From Laetmonice hystrix (taxonomy: Eukaryota), in NCBI GenBank assembly GCA_965235115.1, contig OZ249450.1, forward strand, positions 12,834,001 to 12,898,000: a stretch of 64,000 nt of DNA, given 5' to 3'. Under the pieces are notes generated by a model that saw only the letters and a program-made list of their open reading frames with translations, searched no databases and was not told where the DNA came from. Position numbers and translations under genes: made by a program. This document shows positions 1-12,600 of this stretch, one piece after another (positions within the stretch are counted from its first letter, which is position 1; every line of letters begins with the position of its first letter).

Positions 1-1044
1 TGGAGCCGTTCTGCCCGAAACCTGTGGAGGAACCCTCCCCACCCCCACCACCCCAACCCTCGCGGCGACACCCCCGTCGGCCGCCCAAATCACACCCATC
101 AAACACAGAGAAAACCCACCACACCAGGAGAAAATGAACGCCTCTTGAAACGTCCTCATGGGTGAGGTTTGCGGGTTGTTGTTGTTGTCGTCGTGACGTC
201 ATAAAGCGACAGACGACAGGTCATGGCTGTGATCACTTCCCCTTCATAAAGGCGCTTATGTCCACATAGGCGATTGTCGTTGCGACGTCCATGTGCTTTT
301 GACATCACCCTTTTATTTTACTGTGTTTTGAGATTAAAGGATGGAACCCATATTTCAGTAAAAATTACAGAGTGAAATTCCATCATTAAATAAAAAAAAC
401 GTATTGCCGTCGCAAGGACAATCGCATCAGTGCTGCGATCGTCTGTTCGGGTTCATTAGCGATGGACAACGTTAGGAAGCGAGCACGAGGCAACGTTTTG
501 ACGCCAAACACGTGGCGACAGGACGATGCGGAGAAGACGGACGAGCGATTGACAAAATCAACGACATATCAAAGATACTGAATAATAGCCAGTATCTTGT
601 TGAGTGAGACGCGTTCAATTGAGTCTCTATATCGCTATCTTACTCAACCCTTCTACGTGGTTAGTGTCCTAGAAGAAATGCAACGACTCAAAAGGAAATC
701 GTTGCATGTTCAGAGGAAGGGCTCCTGGTATACAGTACAAATGGCCAGTACAGAGTCACGTATAGAGTCAAGTATTTGTTACAGGAACAATGCCTAGAGA
801 CAGACCCATCCACGTTCACAGGCTCTTATATTGGGCCCGAAGCTTTCGCTTCTACGTCTACAAACATAGTGGATTTATTTTCCGAGCTTTTCTCATCATG
901 GTCCCCACTTCCGGTCAAGTGTTTCACGTTAAACAGAACACAGCAGACAGATATAATGTGATTGAAAAAAGTTTACCAAATTGAAAACTGAAAAGTCAGA
1001 AGTCAGGAGACAGGTGTGTGTGATCTTAGATAGATTTGGATAAC

Positions 1045-1113
1045 GTCTGTATCCTCTGGGGGATAAAGTCTGTATCCTCTGGGGGATAAAGTCTGTATCC
1101 TCTGGGGGACAAA
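1045..1113. repeat. 23-bp tandem repeat, 3 copies
   Basis: GTCTGTATCCTCTGGGGGATAAA at 1045 and 1068; third copy at 1091 ends ...GGGGGACAAA. Confidence 0.9.
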
Positions 1114-2937
1114 GAAAAATGAAAGGGAACTGCGAGTCACACTCAACAGAACGCCCATTAGATGGTCTATTACTTAGTATTTTGCAATCAAGACGCCACC
1201 TTGTGGGTAATGTTGCGCACTTCACACATTGTATTGTATAATATTTTATGGCACGATGCAATTTTTGAAAGTTACATTCACTTATAGATGCTATGCACAC
1301 CAATTGTCACGCACGTGTGGAAATTGGATGAGTCCGCAAATGCATGTTAGCCACAAGCGACTATAATGATCCGTTTTTATAGGATCATTGAGTTTTTTCT
1401 ATACACCAGGCCTTTTTACCGGCCATGCAATAAGCTATAAGCAGTGTTGAGTCATAAGAAATTTACTTGCTAACCCCAATGTAAATATTATAGACTCACT
1501 TATCTACAGGTGTGTACTCAGAATATATTTCTTCTTCTCAACAGATATAAAAAAATGAATATTGCTGTAAGTATAATCACGTTCCTCACTAGAAGATATG
1601 ATTTAAACGCTCATAAAACATGGCTAGTTCCGTCTATCGGCCTACTCGTGCAAAACAATACGGTTTTATAAAAAGATCTGATATTATTTTCCTACTACTG
1701 GTCAAATTGATCATGTTTGACCTTTTAAGGGGCGGACCATTCCAGAGGGCTATGTTTTATATATTCGAAGTTGGTTCAGCTGATCATGCAATACAAGTTT
1801 CTTCTCACCACATATGTAAAAAGTAAAAATGTACAATGAAAAAATTCTTGTTTGGTATTGGAAACGAAAAAATACTTTGCAGAGAAAGAAACCCGGTAGC
1901 GCCCCCGCCCCATGTATCAGATGGTCCGCGCACCTTATAGGTAATATATAAAACCGGAAAATACCAGAGTGGTAGGATGCTGTATGTGAGGGACACTGAT
2001 ATATATATTGTACCTTCACGTTACTGACAGCCACAAAGTGCTATATGCTTGCCAAATTGAGATACATGAATTTATGAATTTATAACGGCACCAGTTCGAC
2101 ATTGGAGGCACAGTTACTGCAATAATATACTGTCTGTGTCACATGTTAACTGAGGAAAGGCTCACTTCCTAACAACATCATAAATATACATTTCTGAATA
2201 TTGGAACTATGGTTTTGGTGTGAAAACTGCTTCTGAACCGCAGCGCAATGGATTTACCAAGGTGTCTTCGTAATTATTGTGTGAAATAAAGCATTCCACT
2301 GAAGAAGGCTCTTCACAAGTGAGAAACATTTCAGTCTTGTAAATAAAATTATATTTTATCGTTACTAAAGGATAGCAAGTAGGGGTCTAATAGCCGATTT
2401 GCTATCATTTATATATCTCTTGGATCTAGACGTGCTGAATCAAAAATACAATCTCAATCGCAATAAATATATGTATTCATATTCACATTTCAGCCATATC
2501 TATGCTTTTTTCTTTCATGCTTTTTTGTATGAGCAGAACTTGGTATCAGTTCATTAGTTCTTTTCAGTTTATTAGAACTTTGGAGGATTTCATCCTTGTT
2601 TGCGTAAGCAAGAAAAGTGTTATGTTGGTATAAAATATATACCATTCTTATGAAATCTTTCTTACCAAAACATACCCAACTTCTTGAATGAAAACAAGAA
2701 GTAAACTTGGAAATGAACATGCTGAACATTTGTAGAAGTCAGTGCATATCAGATGTACATTTTACTTACATTATTGTATCTCCATCAGTTGGTTCATTAA
2801 GTAGGTCCTCCCTGGAATATATTATATTTGTGAATAAATCAAATATATATTGAAATACTGCAAAACATCTCTTCTTATTTTTATTCAAACTGGAATATTT
2901 GCTAGGGCGGGATCCAAGCAATTTATATCAATGACCT

Positions 2938-3120
2938 CAGTGGCGGATCCAGATTTTTTTAGGGGGGAGCTAACCATCGGGCAAAAGCATATTACAAATG
3001 TATTAGGCCAAGGCTAAAAATATATGACAACTATGATCATAATCGGATGATAAAAATAACATTGTCCAGAATTTAGGGGGGCTGGCACCCCCTTAGCCCC
3101 TCCCCCTGGATCCGCCAATG
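2938..3120. mobile_element. Small non-autonomous element (CAGTGGCGGATCC...GGATCCGCCAATG family)
   Basis: Terminal inverted repeats CAGTGGCGGATCCAG / CTGGATCCGCCAATG with G/C-run interior. Related ends recur at 11744-12037, about 18795-18970, 47447-47630, about 55440 and about 55985. No clean TSD at this copy. Confidence 0.65.
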
Positions 3121-3639
3121 AACGTGTTACAGAACACCAAAGTTGTCTCCCCTTCGGTTGCTGCTATCTGTCCCACCCACAAATGTTATTTTATAAATAC
3201 AGCTTTATTGCAACAATGCTGTGGGGCAGCTCGTGCAGGAGGCCAACTTCCAAACCAGCTTGTTCCCTGGTAATATCGATCAGAAACAACGCAGGGTAGT
3301 TCTACAACTCAGCTCTTTCAAGAAGGAGAAGAAGAAAGGAGAAGAGAAAGAAGGGTGAGGAGAAAGAGTAGCTAGCCTTTATTCTTGAACAATATGCAAA
3401 AAACCTTGGCGGAGCGGTCATTGCATTAACAAGTAATTAGACCTGTGCCACGCGTAAATTCTACTAATTCTATAGTTTCGTGCTGAACAGGACGTAAAAC
3501 GCATTTGTAATATCCAATAGGAATTTATGAAGCCAAGGTTACGTTAACACAATGACCTGCTATGAATACATGAATAGCGCCCTCTATATTTTTCTCTTTA
3601 CCTCATCTATACACACCGAACAGGGCGCCGATCACGACC

Positions 3640-6600
3640 TCACTGTCCCAGACAGCTCTCAATACTCTTCTCAAACAGAAGAAGGACGCGCACTCCGCGC
3701 GCCATCTCGCGGACAGCCTCGATTTCAGTCAGACCGAGTCGTCTTTTGTTGCTGACGTCATACGTTCCGTCCTCACTCTCCGTGTGCTCGCCTTGCGTGC
3801 CTGAAATGAGATCTTCTACTAATAAGGATAAAATATTATAAACAGACTGAGACCAGCAACAGCTTATACAGAGTCTACTCGGTTGAATAAACATGACAAA
3901 GATATCGAGAAACCTCTGTTATCATAGCCCATTTAACATAATTAACCTAGATTTAGATCTATAGGCCTACCCAACATCGTCTCTAAAAGATGACCCCAAG
4001 GAATGAATTTTGATCTTCTCAAATTTTTATTGAATGATCGATCAATGAAGTGACAAAATGATATAGAATAAAACTAAAGGCCATGAAGACCGGCACTTTG
4101 TTGCAGAGTAGGAAAGGTCGCCCACCTCTGACGTCGAGTCGGAGTTGAAAACAGATATCCTTAAATAGTGGCAGTGCTGACAGCCGTGGGAGCCGCATGA
4201 GGGCGCTGGCTCTGACGGTGGTACCGACGTTTGACGGACACATGGTGAGATAACCGAGTCGAGGGTGGCGGGAAAATGTCACGTGTTTCTCCAACTCTAA
4301 CACTGCCTGCAAACGATTGACAACCGTGTGTGACACTGATATATCGTGCTGAAAAGGTGTAGATCTATCAACTACATGGGGCGGGGCCAGGATTCTGGTA
4401 TTATAAGGGGAAGGTGCGGGGGCCATGGTCGATTAAACATTTTGAACGGCCTCCGCCCCTGGGTGTCGTCATTTTCTGTACAGCGGCACCACGGGAGTTT
4501 GTCTACATGTCTGGGCCACTGCTCCCGACCTAGCCACCCACCTACCCCACCTCCGCCGCACAGCCCAAACATGACGAAGTCAATCGACGGTGAGCCGAGT
4601 GGGTCTGGTTCTCCGGATTGCCTTCGAAACTGTTCCCGGCTCCCTCGCTTGGTGGCTCTGTGGTCGACCACAGAGCCACCAAGCGAGAGAACCGGGAAAC
4701 AGTTTACACACTGCCCAACACCAACGTCCAACACGGTCGATATGCGGCAGCGCCTGCTGGCGGGAATTTTGAGAACCACGAAAGAAATTCGTCACACGTC
4801 AAAGCACACGTTCAGCCTTCAACACCGCTCGTTTCGAGATTGGCTCATAGGCCATTCCGTCTTTAAGTCTTTAAAGCGTCACTCCTTCTGGAAATGTGGC
4901 TATTAAGCTTTAAGATTTCGGAAGACACGAGGCGAAGCTCAGTCAACCGAGCGTGTCAATCTGGCGGCCATGATTAGTTCCATACAAACCGCCAGACGGC
5001 AGTGATCGGGGTTAGTTCAAAGTTAAATCACCAGGCGGCAAGAGTCTCGCTTTTCTAAACCGGAAATGGCCTCGGAACTTCCAATTTGCATCATTGGTGC
5101 GTTCAAACATAGCCGTTTTGGCCGCCAAGATTAAAATTTTTTCAGGGGAGGCCCTGTGGGAGACCCCCAAAATCCCCCGCTGTCTAAACGGATCGGGCGC
5201 GTCTGAATTTTGGCGCCCGTGGGCTGAATTTGCCCCCTCACACTTTCAAAGACCTTCCTAGGCCTACGCCACTGTATTAATATGTTTAAGGTTGCCCTAA
5301 AAACACCAATTTGAAATTGCCTCGTGTCAAAAACAAAAAAGGCATAACGAATGGTTTGTGAGCTTAATCTTGTGCTTTTCCGTTGAAAGCGAATCATTGT
5401 GGGTCCGCTTAAATTCTTCCATTAGGCCTACAGACCCACAATCTCTGAATCATGCTTTCCTGATTTCCTACTAGCCTACCTAGGCCTATAGGATATCTTT
5501 GTGGAAAGTCTATAATCTGTCGAAACAATGTTATTTTCATTTACTTTGGAAAGATAATACTGTTTTCCCCTGCATTTCCTGAGCAAAACACATCTCTCTG
5601 ACTTTCCCGTTGGCCGTTTGAACCCTTCAGATAGTGAAGAAGGCTCAATAATATGTCAGACGTGGCCGTCCACAATATTAGGTCGAGATAACTTTTATGG
5701 TCTCGAATTCTACAGTAAATGCCTAATATACTGAGATACACTTAGCTAATATTAAAGACTAGGCCTACATGTACAACATATTTGATCACCTTGGCAACGA
5801 CAGCGCAGACGCGATCAAGGTGGCCCCCCTGCTCCAGGCAGAAGACCCGGATGTGGTCCTCCTCGTTGACCCAGACGTGGAGGCCGCACCCCCTGGCGGA
5901 GAATAATCCCCGACCGTTGGGCCAGTCCCGGAACATGCCGGTAGGCTCCAGGAATCTGCAGGCGGGAGTAATTTTTAGAGTACAGCGGTTTTAAATAATA
6001 TCCCCAGGTGCGTAGCTTCGATGGTACTGGAGGCACGTGCCTACACTTTCCCCCCAGAAATGAAAAAATAAAAATGAAAAAAAGAAGAAGAAAAGAGATT
6101 GCGGTTACAGTGGGTATGTAAAATATAATTAAAAATATATTCTAAAAAAATCCTTTTCCTAAACGTTCCTTACTCCGACCGCTGGCGCTTTTATTGAGCC
6201 TCTAAATCATACCCCGGTTGACAGCCATGTGCCAACACAGAATGCCACCAGACCCCCCCCCCCCTCCCTCTCCCCTGCAAAAAGTGCCTACACGTTTATT
6301 TCCGCCAAGCTACGCCCCTGATTCCCAGCACTATAGGCCTAGGCCTATATGACAACACCGTAATGTCCCGACAACACCTTACACGTGACAGGATAATTAA
6401 TTTAACAGCATTTATGCTATTCTACATCCTATACTAACAGGTAATATATACTGCTGTCGGCGAAGCATAAAACCTGAGCCCATATAAATCTAAATTGATT
6501 ACATCGACCCAGCTAGAGTGTGACCAGAATATGTCTTTTGGGATGTTGAAGACTATTGCGGTGGTAAGCGGTAAGGTGACCATCGGCAAGTTACGAGGCC

Positions 6601-9600
6601 TATCATAAGTACCGTATATAATATATTGTATTTTTCCCGTTCATGCAGCGACCTAAACGAACTCAGACTGATTATTAACTGGATAAATTTGATTAAAAGA
6701 TAAGAAAAAACATAGGCCTACAAGACTAATACCCACTGAGTTGATAATGCCGCTCCAGCGATGTTATAATATTCATGTATGCAGTCTATATATAGGTAGA
6801 CTACTGGCCGGAATCAGTGCGTGCAGTTCGACACGCAGCACCATGGCCCACCTTCATTTACGGGCAATTTGAGGCATTTCGTTCTGATTTTCCCGCGGCA
6901 GGTAACCTATCCGTGTCCCCGTGGCGCAATGGATAGCGCGCCGGACTTCTAATCCGGAGGTTGTGGGTTCGAGTCCCATCGGAGACGCTCGCTTTTAATT
7001 TTTTATATACATTCATTATATAGGCGGCCCATGACGCCATCGATTCGTTCATAGACTCGTTCACGCGTCAAAAATTTAATGTCCCCGATCCGCGTCGGAT
7101 AACAGGTCTACGTATAGGAGACTCGGTTATCGTTGAGTACTGAGAGCTAAATGCAGCCTATAGACTATAGATGGGCCTGCTTAAATTTTTAAGATGCTTA
7201 TAACTAAAATATATAGGCCTATTAGGCCTATAAAGTCTCCTTTTTTTTAGCATCAATAGGCCTAATTGACGACAGAAGATAGAAATTCTCGTCACACATA
7301 TAGACCCGAGAGGTGGGTGACGCTCTACCCATATATAGCTTACGGTAAGCCTACGTAGGCCTAGTTTTTCTCAGACTTTTCCTATTAAAGCCCTCATATT
7401 GCACTGAAGGCAAAAGTATGCCCATACCATTAAAATTATAGGCCATATACACTGGCGTATGAACCAAGGAGCCGTGAGGGGGCCATGCGTCCACTTTCAG
7501 GGGCGGGAGTAAAGATATTTTTGTGCCCCCCCACTTTCAGACCCAGAATTTTCAATATCCGCTTAAATTCTTCTAAAATTCCACCTAAATGCTTTGAGAA
7601 ACTTCACCCTTTCTATCTTCAGATGCATTTTTGGGGCCTTCTAAATTCAAAAAGTTTCTGGAGGAGAACCCCCCAGATCCTCCCTGCATGGGTGTCGCCT
7701 CGCCCGGTGCCCCCTTTCGTGCAGGCCATGGCACGTAGCCAGGTCTAATAACATAGGCCTATACCCCCACAGAAGAGCTATAAATTTGGGCACATACTAC
7801 ATTGAATATCAATACAGCACCTGCAGAGCTTTTACCTAGGGTATACTATATATATTTTGGGCCTATACTATAGGCCTAACTAAAATGGCTACCTCATAAA
7901 AACTACGGGTGATGTGTAGGTCTAGGCCTACGGCTAGGCGCTTTACCTATCAGTTTCTGGGAAGAGTAGGTGCTGGTGGAGGAGCCGTTGTTGAGTTTGT
8001 GCTGACATGTCGGTGAGCGGGCGATACGTCCCGGCCAGATCTCCCGGCAGCTCCTTCAGCGCCTCCACCATCCTCGCCTCCACCCGGAGTCGGCTCTGGT
8101 AATAACATAAAGACACCATAATGTATGCAGGTTTACATTTAGGTTCTGTTCACACCGAAACCGATGCTGACGCCGATGTGGTTTTACAACGCATCCGATC
8201 AACCATGTCTGACGCCGTAGGCCTGTAGTGCCCCCTCAACCCCATATAGGTACACCTTATTTGGACTTGACGGTAAATTTAAAATAGGTAAAGACCCACG
8301 TTTTTGCCGCTAGATCTATAGATCGGTTACCTCATTGGTGAGGACAGGGTGAAAGCCGAAGCCGTCCAGGTTACGACCGATCCGTACTCGTGTGGAGAGA
8401 ACGTGGGCACCGTCCGGGTCAAGGTTACCGAGGGTCGGATCGCCGCCTTGTGGACCGAAGTTAACGGCTGGCTGTGTGAATGCGGTGATGTCTGTGGACA
8501 GATGGTGTGCGTCTCTGATGATTGGGTAAAACAAGTCGGAGAACACTGTGTAGGCGTCGGGATCCGTCGCGTACACCCCCACCGCACTGTCCGCGTTTAC
8601 TGCACCTGTATAACAATCACCACCACCGGTATAACAATCACCACCACCGTTATAACAATCACCACCACCGGTATAACAATCACCACCACCGTTATAACAA
8701 TCACCACCACCGTTATAACAATCACCACCACCGTTATAACAATCACCACCACCGTTATAACAATCACCACCACCGTTATAACAATCACCACCACCGTTAT
8801 AACAATCACCACCACCGGTATAACAATCACCACCACCGTTATAACAATCACCACCACCGTTATAACAATCACCACCACCGTTATAACAATCACCACCACC
8901 GTTATAACAATCACCACCACCGTTATAACAATCACCACCACCGTTATAACAATCACCACCACCGGTATAACAATCACCACCACCGTTATAACAATCACCA
9001 CCACCGTTATAACAATCACCACCACCTGTATACAATCACCACCACCATTATAACAATCACCACCACCTGTTATAACAATCACCACCACCTGTATACCAAT
9101 CACCACCACCGTTATAACAATCACCACCACCATTATAACAATCACCACCACCGTTATAACGATCACCACCACCGTTATAACCGGTATAACAATCACCACC
9201 ACCACCACCCCACCGTTATAACATTTTCAACACCATCGGTATAACGTGGACCCAGTCAAATTTCCCGCGCTTGCGTTCGCGCGCTTACCTGCCGCCCCCT
9301 GGTGGCCTCACATGTTACTGTCAGTCACGGATATCATTTTATACATGGCCAAGATGGTTGGCCAACAGTTCACAACTGAGCAGCGTGTCTTTATGATCAA
9401 AACAGGTTGAAGGACGGGCAGGTTGTGATCGAAATGTCATTTATGTTAAGCCTAATGTTAAATTTTACTAATAAATGATAATCGTAATTGCAAATAAAGT
9501 AAAAATCAAAAAGAATAAAGAATAAATAAAGAATAGTTTACATAGTTTCTGAGGTTGCCTGGTTTGGCATGGACATTTTTGGGGGACACCCTGTAGTATA

Positions 9601-12600
9601 CCGAATAACTAATCATACCACCGCAATCATTCAAACTATCAAGGAACTTAAAGTGCATGTAACATATTTACATCATCAGGCGGGGAGATCATGACATTGA
9701 GAGCCGTAAGGAAGGTTTCAGGCATGTGTGATCATTTATTAAAAGAAAAAAATTGTTGGCATTTAATTAACGCTATAGTCTACGGCTACCAGCAGGCTGC
9801 CAAGCTGTCTGATCTGTCAGAGGAACGGATGCGTGACGTCACATGGGCCCAGAGCTCAGTACAATGTACTCTATCAGGGGAAGTCACGGGGGTTGAGTAT
9901 AGGGCAGGGGTCGCGGGATCGAGTGGGTTTTTTTTCAGATTCCTGAATGGAGGAATTTGAAAAGGGGGGGGGGGGAGCAATCTGAAAGCGATTTTTAGAT
10001 TCCTTCCCGGCAATTTGAACACGTGTTCAAGTTCCCCGGGGGTGGGGGCTGAATAAGGGGGAACTTAAAGCGACAGTCTCGTCCTTCAGCATTGTGCGCT
10101 AGGCTGGCCATCCTCGCCTATCGCACAATGCTGAAGGACGAGACTTTCGCTTTAATACGGAGTAAGAATGAAAAACAAAACAAAACGAAACAAAAATTGG
10201 CGCGACAGGAGTCTCATCTCAGCCGATGAACCCCAGGGTAAATAAAAGAAGTTAAAAATAAAATCTGTCAGGCTATGAATCACGCATAAATCTAGGCCAG
10301 ACGTTAACTTTGACCGATGGGAGAGGAACCGAATATATACGGTAGTCACAAAGACTTAGCCGAACACCTTTGTCATTGCATGAAATGTGATGCAAAAACT
10401 TTCAACGTGGCGCAGGATGTTTGATGCAGACTAGAAGGGTGGTACTATGTGACGGGAGATATCCCCACAGAGCAGATCAATAGTAGCAAAACACACGAAT
10501 TAACAACGTGTGTGTGTGTGGGGGGGGGGCACATCTCAGGTGCGGAACCAGGACTGCACGAAAGGGGGCGTCCTCGAGGACAGAAGGTGCGAGCTCACCA
10601 CGTGTGTGTGTATGGGGGAGGGGGAGGGGGGGCTTCCCAGAAAATGTTTGAATTTAGAAGGTCCAAAAACGCGATTTCCTGGCATCTGGAGATAGAAATT
10701 CTGGAGTTTCTCAAACCATTTAGGGGAAGTTGAGGCCTTTAGCACAATTTACACGGATACTGAATATTCTGGTTCTAAAAGGGGGCACATATATTTGCTC
10801 CCCCACCCTGAGAAATGGAGGGGGCGGGAGAGAAAATAGCTCCGTAAGAACTGAGAGATAGAGGTTTACGGGAAATCTTTTATTCCATGGGCTCTTAGTA
10901 GGCCTAATTGGCAAGATGCTTCTTAATGTGTTCCTGTATCTTTGTGATTGATTAGTTTTAATTTATATAGTGATTTTGTATACTTTTAATGCATGTTCTT
11001 AGCGTGTGCTTGTAATTGGTTAGTCCTTTATTGTTAGCCTATTATAATTTTATATTGTACGTCAAATCCAGCCCTTGGTTGCAAATAAACTTTTCCTTTA
11101 ATTTCTTTTAATTTTCCTTTAATTTGGACGCCAATGATACACCAGGGATGTGCATGGTTAATGTAATAAAACAAGCCTCGCGACTGTTTGCGAGGTGTGG
11201 GTGAAGTTACTGATAACCTTTTCCCGGGCACTGAGACCTGTCACCTGCTGGATCTGGATACTTGTCACCGCCGCCCAAACCGTTGACCTGAGCACTGCGG
11301 CCCGTCCCCGCTGTCGGTGGCGCCGCCTGGTGGCAGAATTAACGACCACTACTGTCAGTCGGCGTCTTTAACACGCAAGCGTTCATCCGGGCATCCATGT
11401 CATTTGTGACGTCGTCCGTTTTACAGACGAGACGCGCGGCCGCTCGGTCCGTCGCGTCTTACACAGGATCAGGTCGATTTGGTGATTAGCCATGAAGATT
11501 GCTAATTTTCCACTGGCTGACCGTCACTGGAAACCAATTCCCCAGCAATGCAACGCCTTGTATGGAACCCCGACGATTATCTCGTTGTAATTATTATCGT
11601 CCTTTTGCCCTATAAAATCTCATTTCAGCAAACAAGGCGTGAAATAAACGACTAGGGGCCTACATCATGATCATATAGAAAAGGTCAAGATATATAGGTC
11701 TATCCTTGGTTCCAATTATTGACTCAACCTATAGGTTACAGGTCAGGGGCGAATCTTTGAAAAAGGGGGGGGGGGGGTCCAATATGTTATAATTAGGCCT
11801 ATCACGTAGGGGCCTAATGACATGACGTGAAGTCAGAATCTGGTTCACGCGGGATTTTGGGGGTCCTACCCCAGAAAACATTTGAATCTAGATGCTTCTC
11901 AATCAAAGCATTCAGGCCTAGCTAGCCTATACCAACGACATACTCAGGGGGCCGGGGGTCCCCTGCATCAGACCTATTTCACCGGAATAGCCTAGATTCT
12001 ATATTTTTCTGACCAAAAAGAGGGGGATCCGCCCCTGCAGTTATGTGCTTTTACATAACAATTGACGCCTAATTTGGGACCTCAGACCCACAATGTAGCG
12101 ACAAGAAAGAAAGTATCTATACGGTGAAGAAATTAATTTTGGGGGGTCTGAAACCAACATGAGCACACTAAATTTTAGCGCTTGCAACACGCTGTAATGG
12201 TCTGTCGCACACGTTATGCACTGATAAGATGCTGCTGCTGCCAACTGATGCCTGTGTACCTGTGCGGGAGGTTTTGCTGGCCCTTCTAGGTCACGTTTCT
12301 GGAATAAATTAGGCCAACAATGGAAAAAAAAACGAGGAAAGACTTTATACACCGGAACTGCCACCAGTCAGACGGCATAGGAAAGTGACAGAAAAAAAAA
12401 ATTGGCCAAAAAAACCCTGCCATTTTCAGGCAACTGAAGGAAACGCTTGCAGGGCCACTTTGGATGATACCACCAACGATTCAAGTGCAGGGGGGGGGCT
12501 ATAGTTTTTTCTGCGTGAGCAAACTCCTTTTTTTTGCCCCCTGGCCCAAGCTATCCTATTTTTTCGCGACGACCATTAATCAAATTCTCTTTTCCCAATT

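Noticed and set aside
460-2760. Short ORFs and stop-interrupted coding-looking text at the window start
   Set aside because: No motif I can recognise and no consistent exon chain. It may be a decayed transposon but cannot be supported without a search.
4346-4906. 186-aa plus-strand ORF and overlapping 135-aa minus-strand ORF in kinase intron 4
   Set aside because: No recognisable domain. Openness is explained by the GC-rich palindrome and cassette sequence.
8608-9222. CRISPR-like array
   Set aside because: Head-to-tail repeats with no unique spacers, no cas genes, eukaryotic intron context. The same applies to 53276-54124.
8349-9244. Long ORFs of 203-240 aa made of VITITTT, YNNHHHR or VVVIVIT repeats (possible His-rich or mucin-like protein)
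   Set aside because: They are other-frame translations of the 21-bp VNTR, which has no stop in several frames. Only the GGGDCYN frame connects to a real exon.
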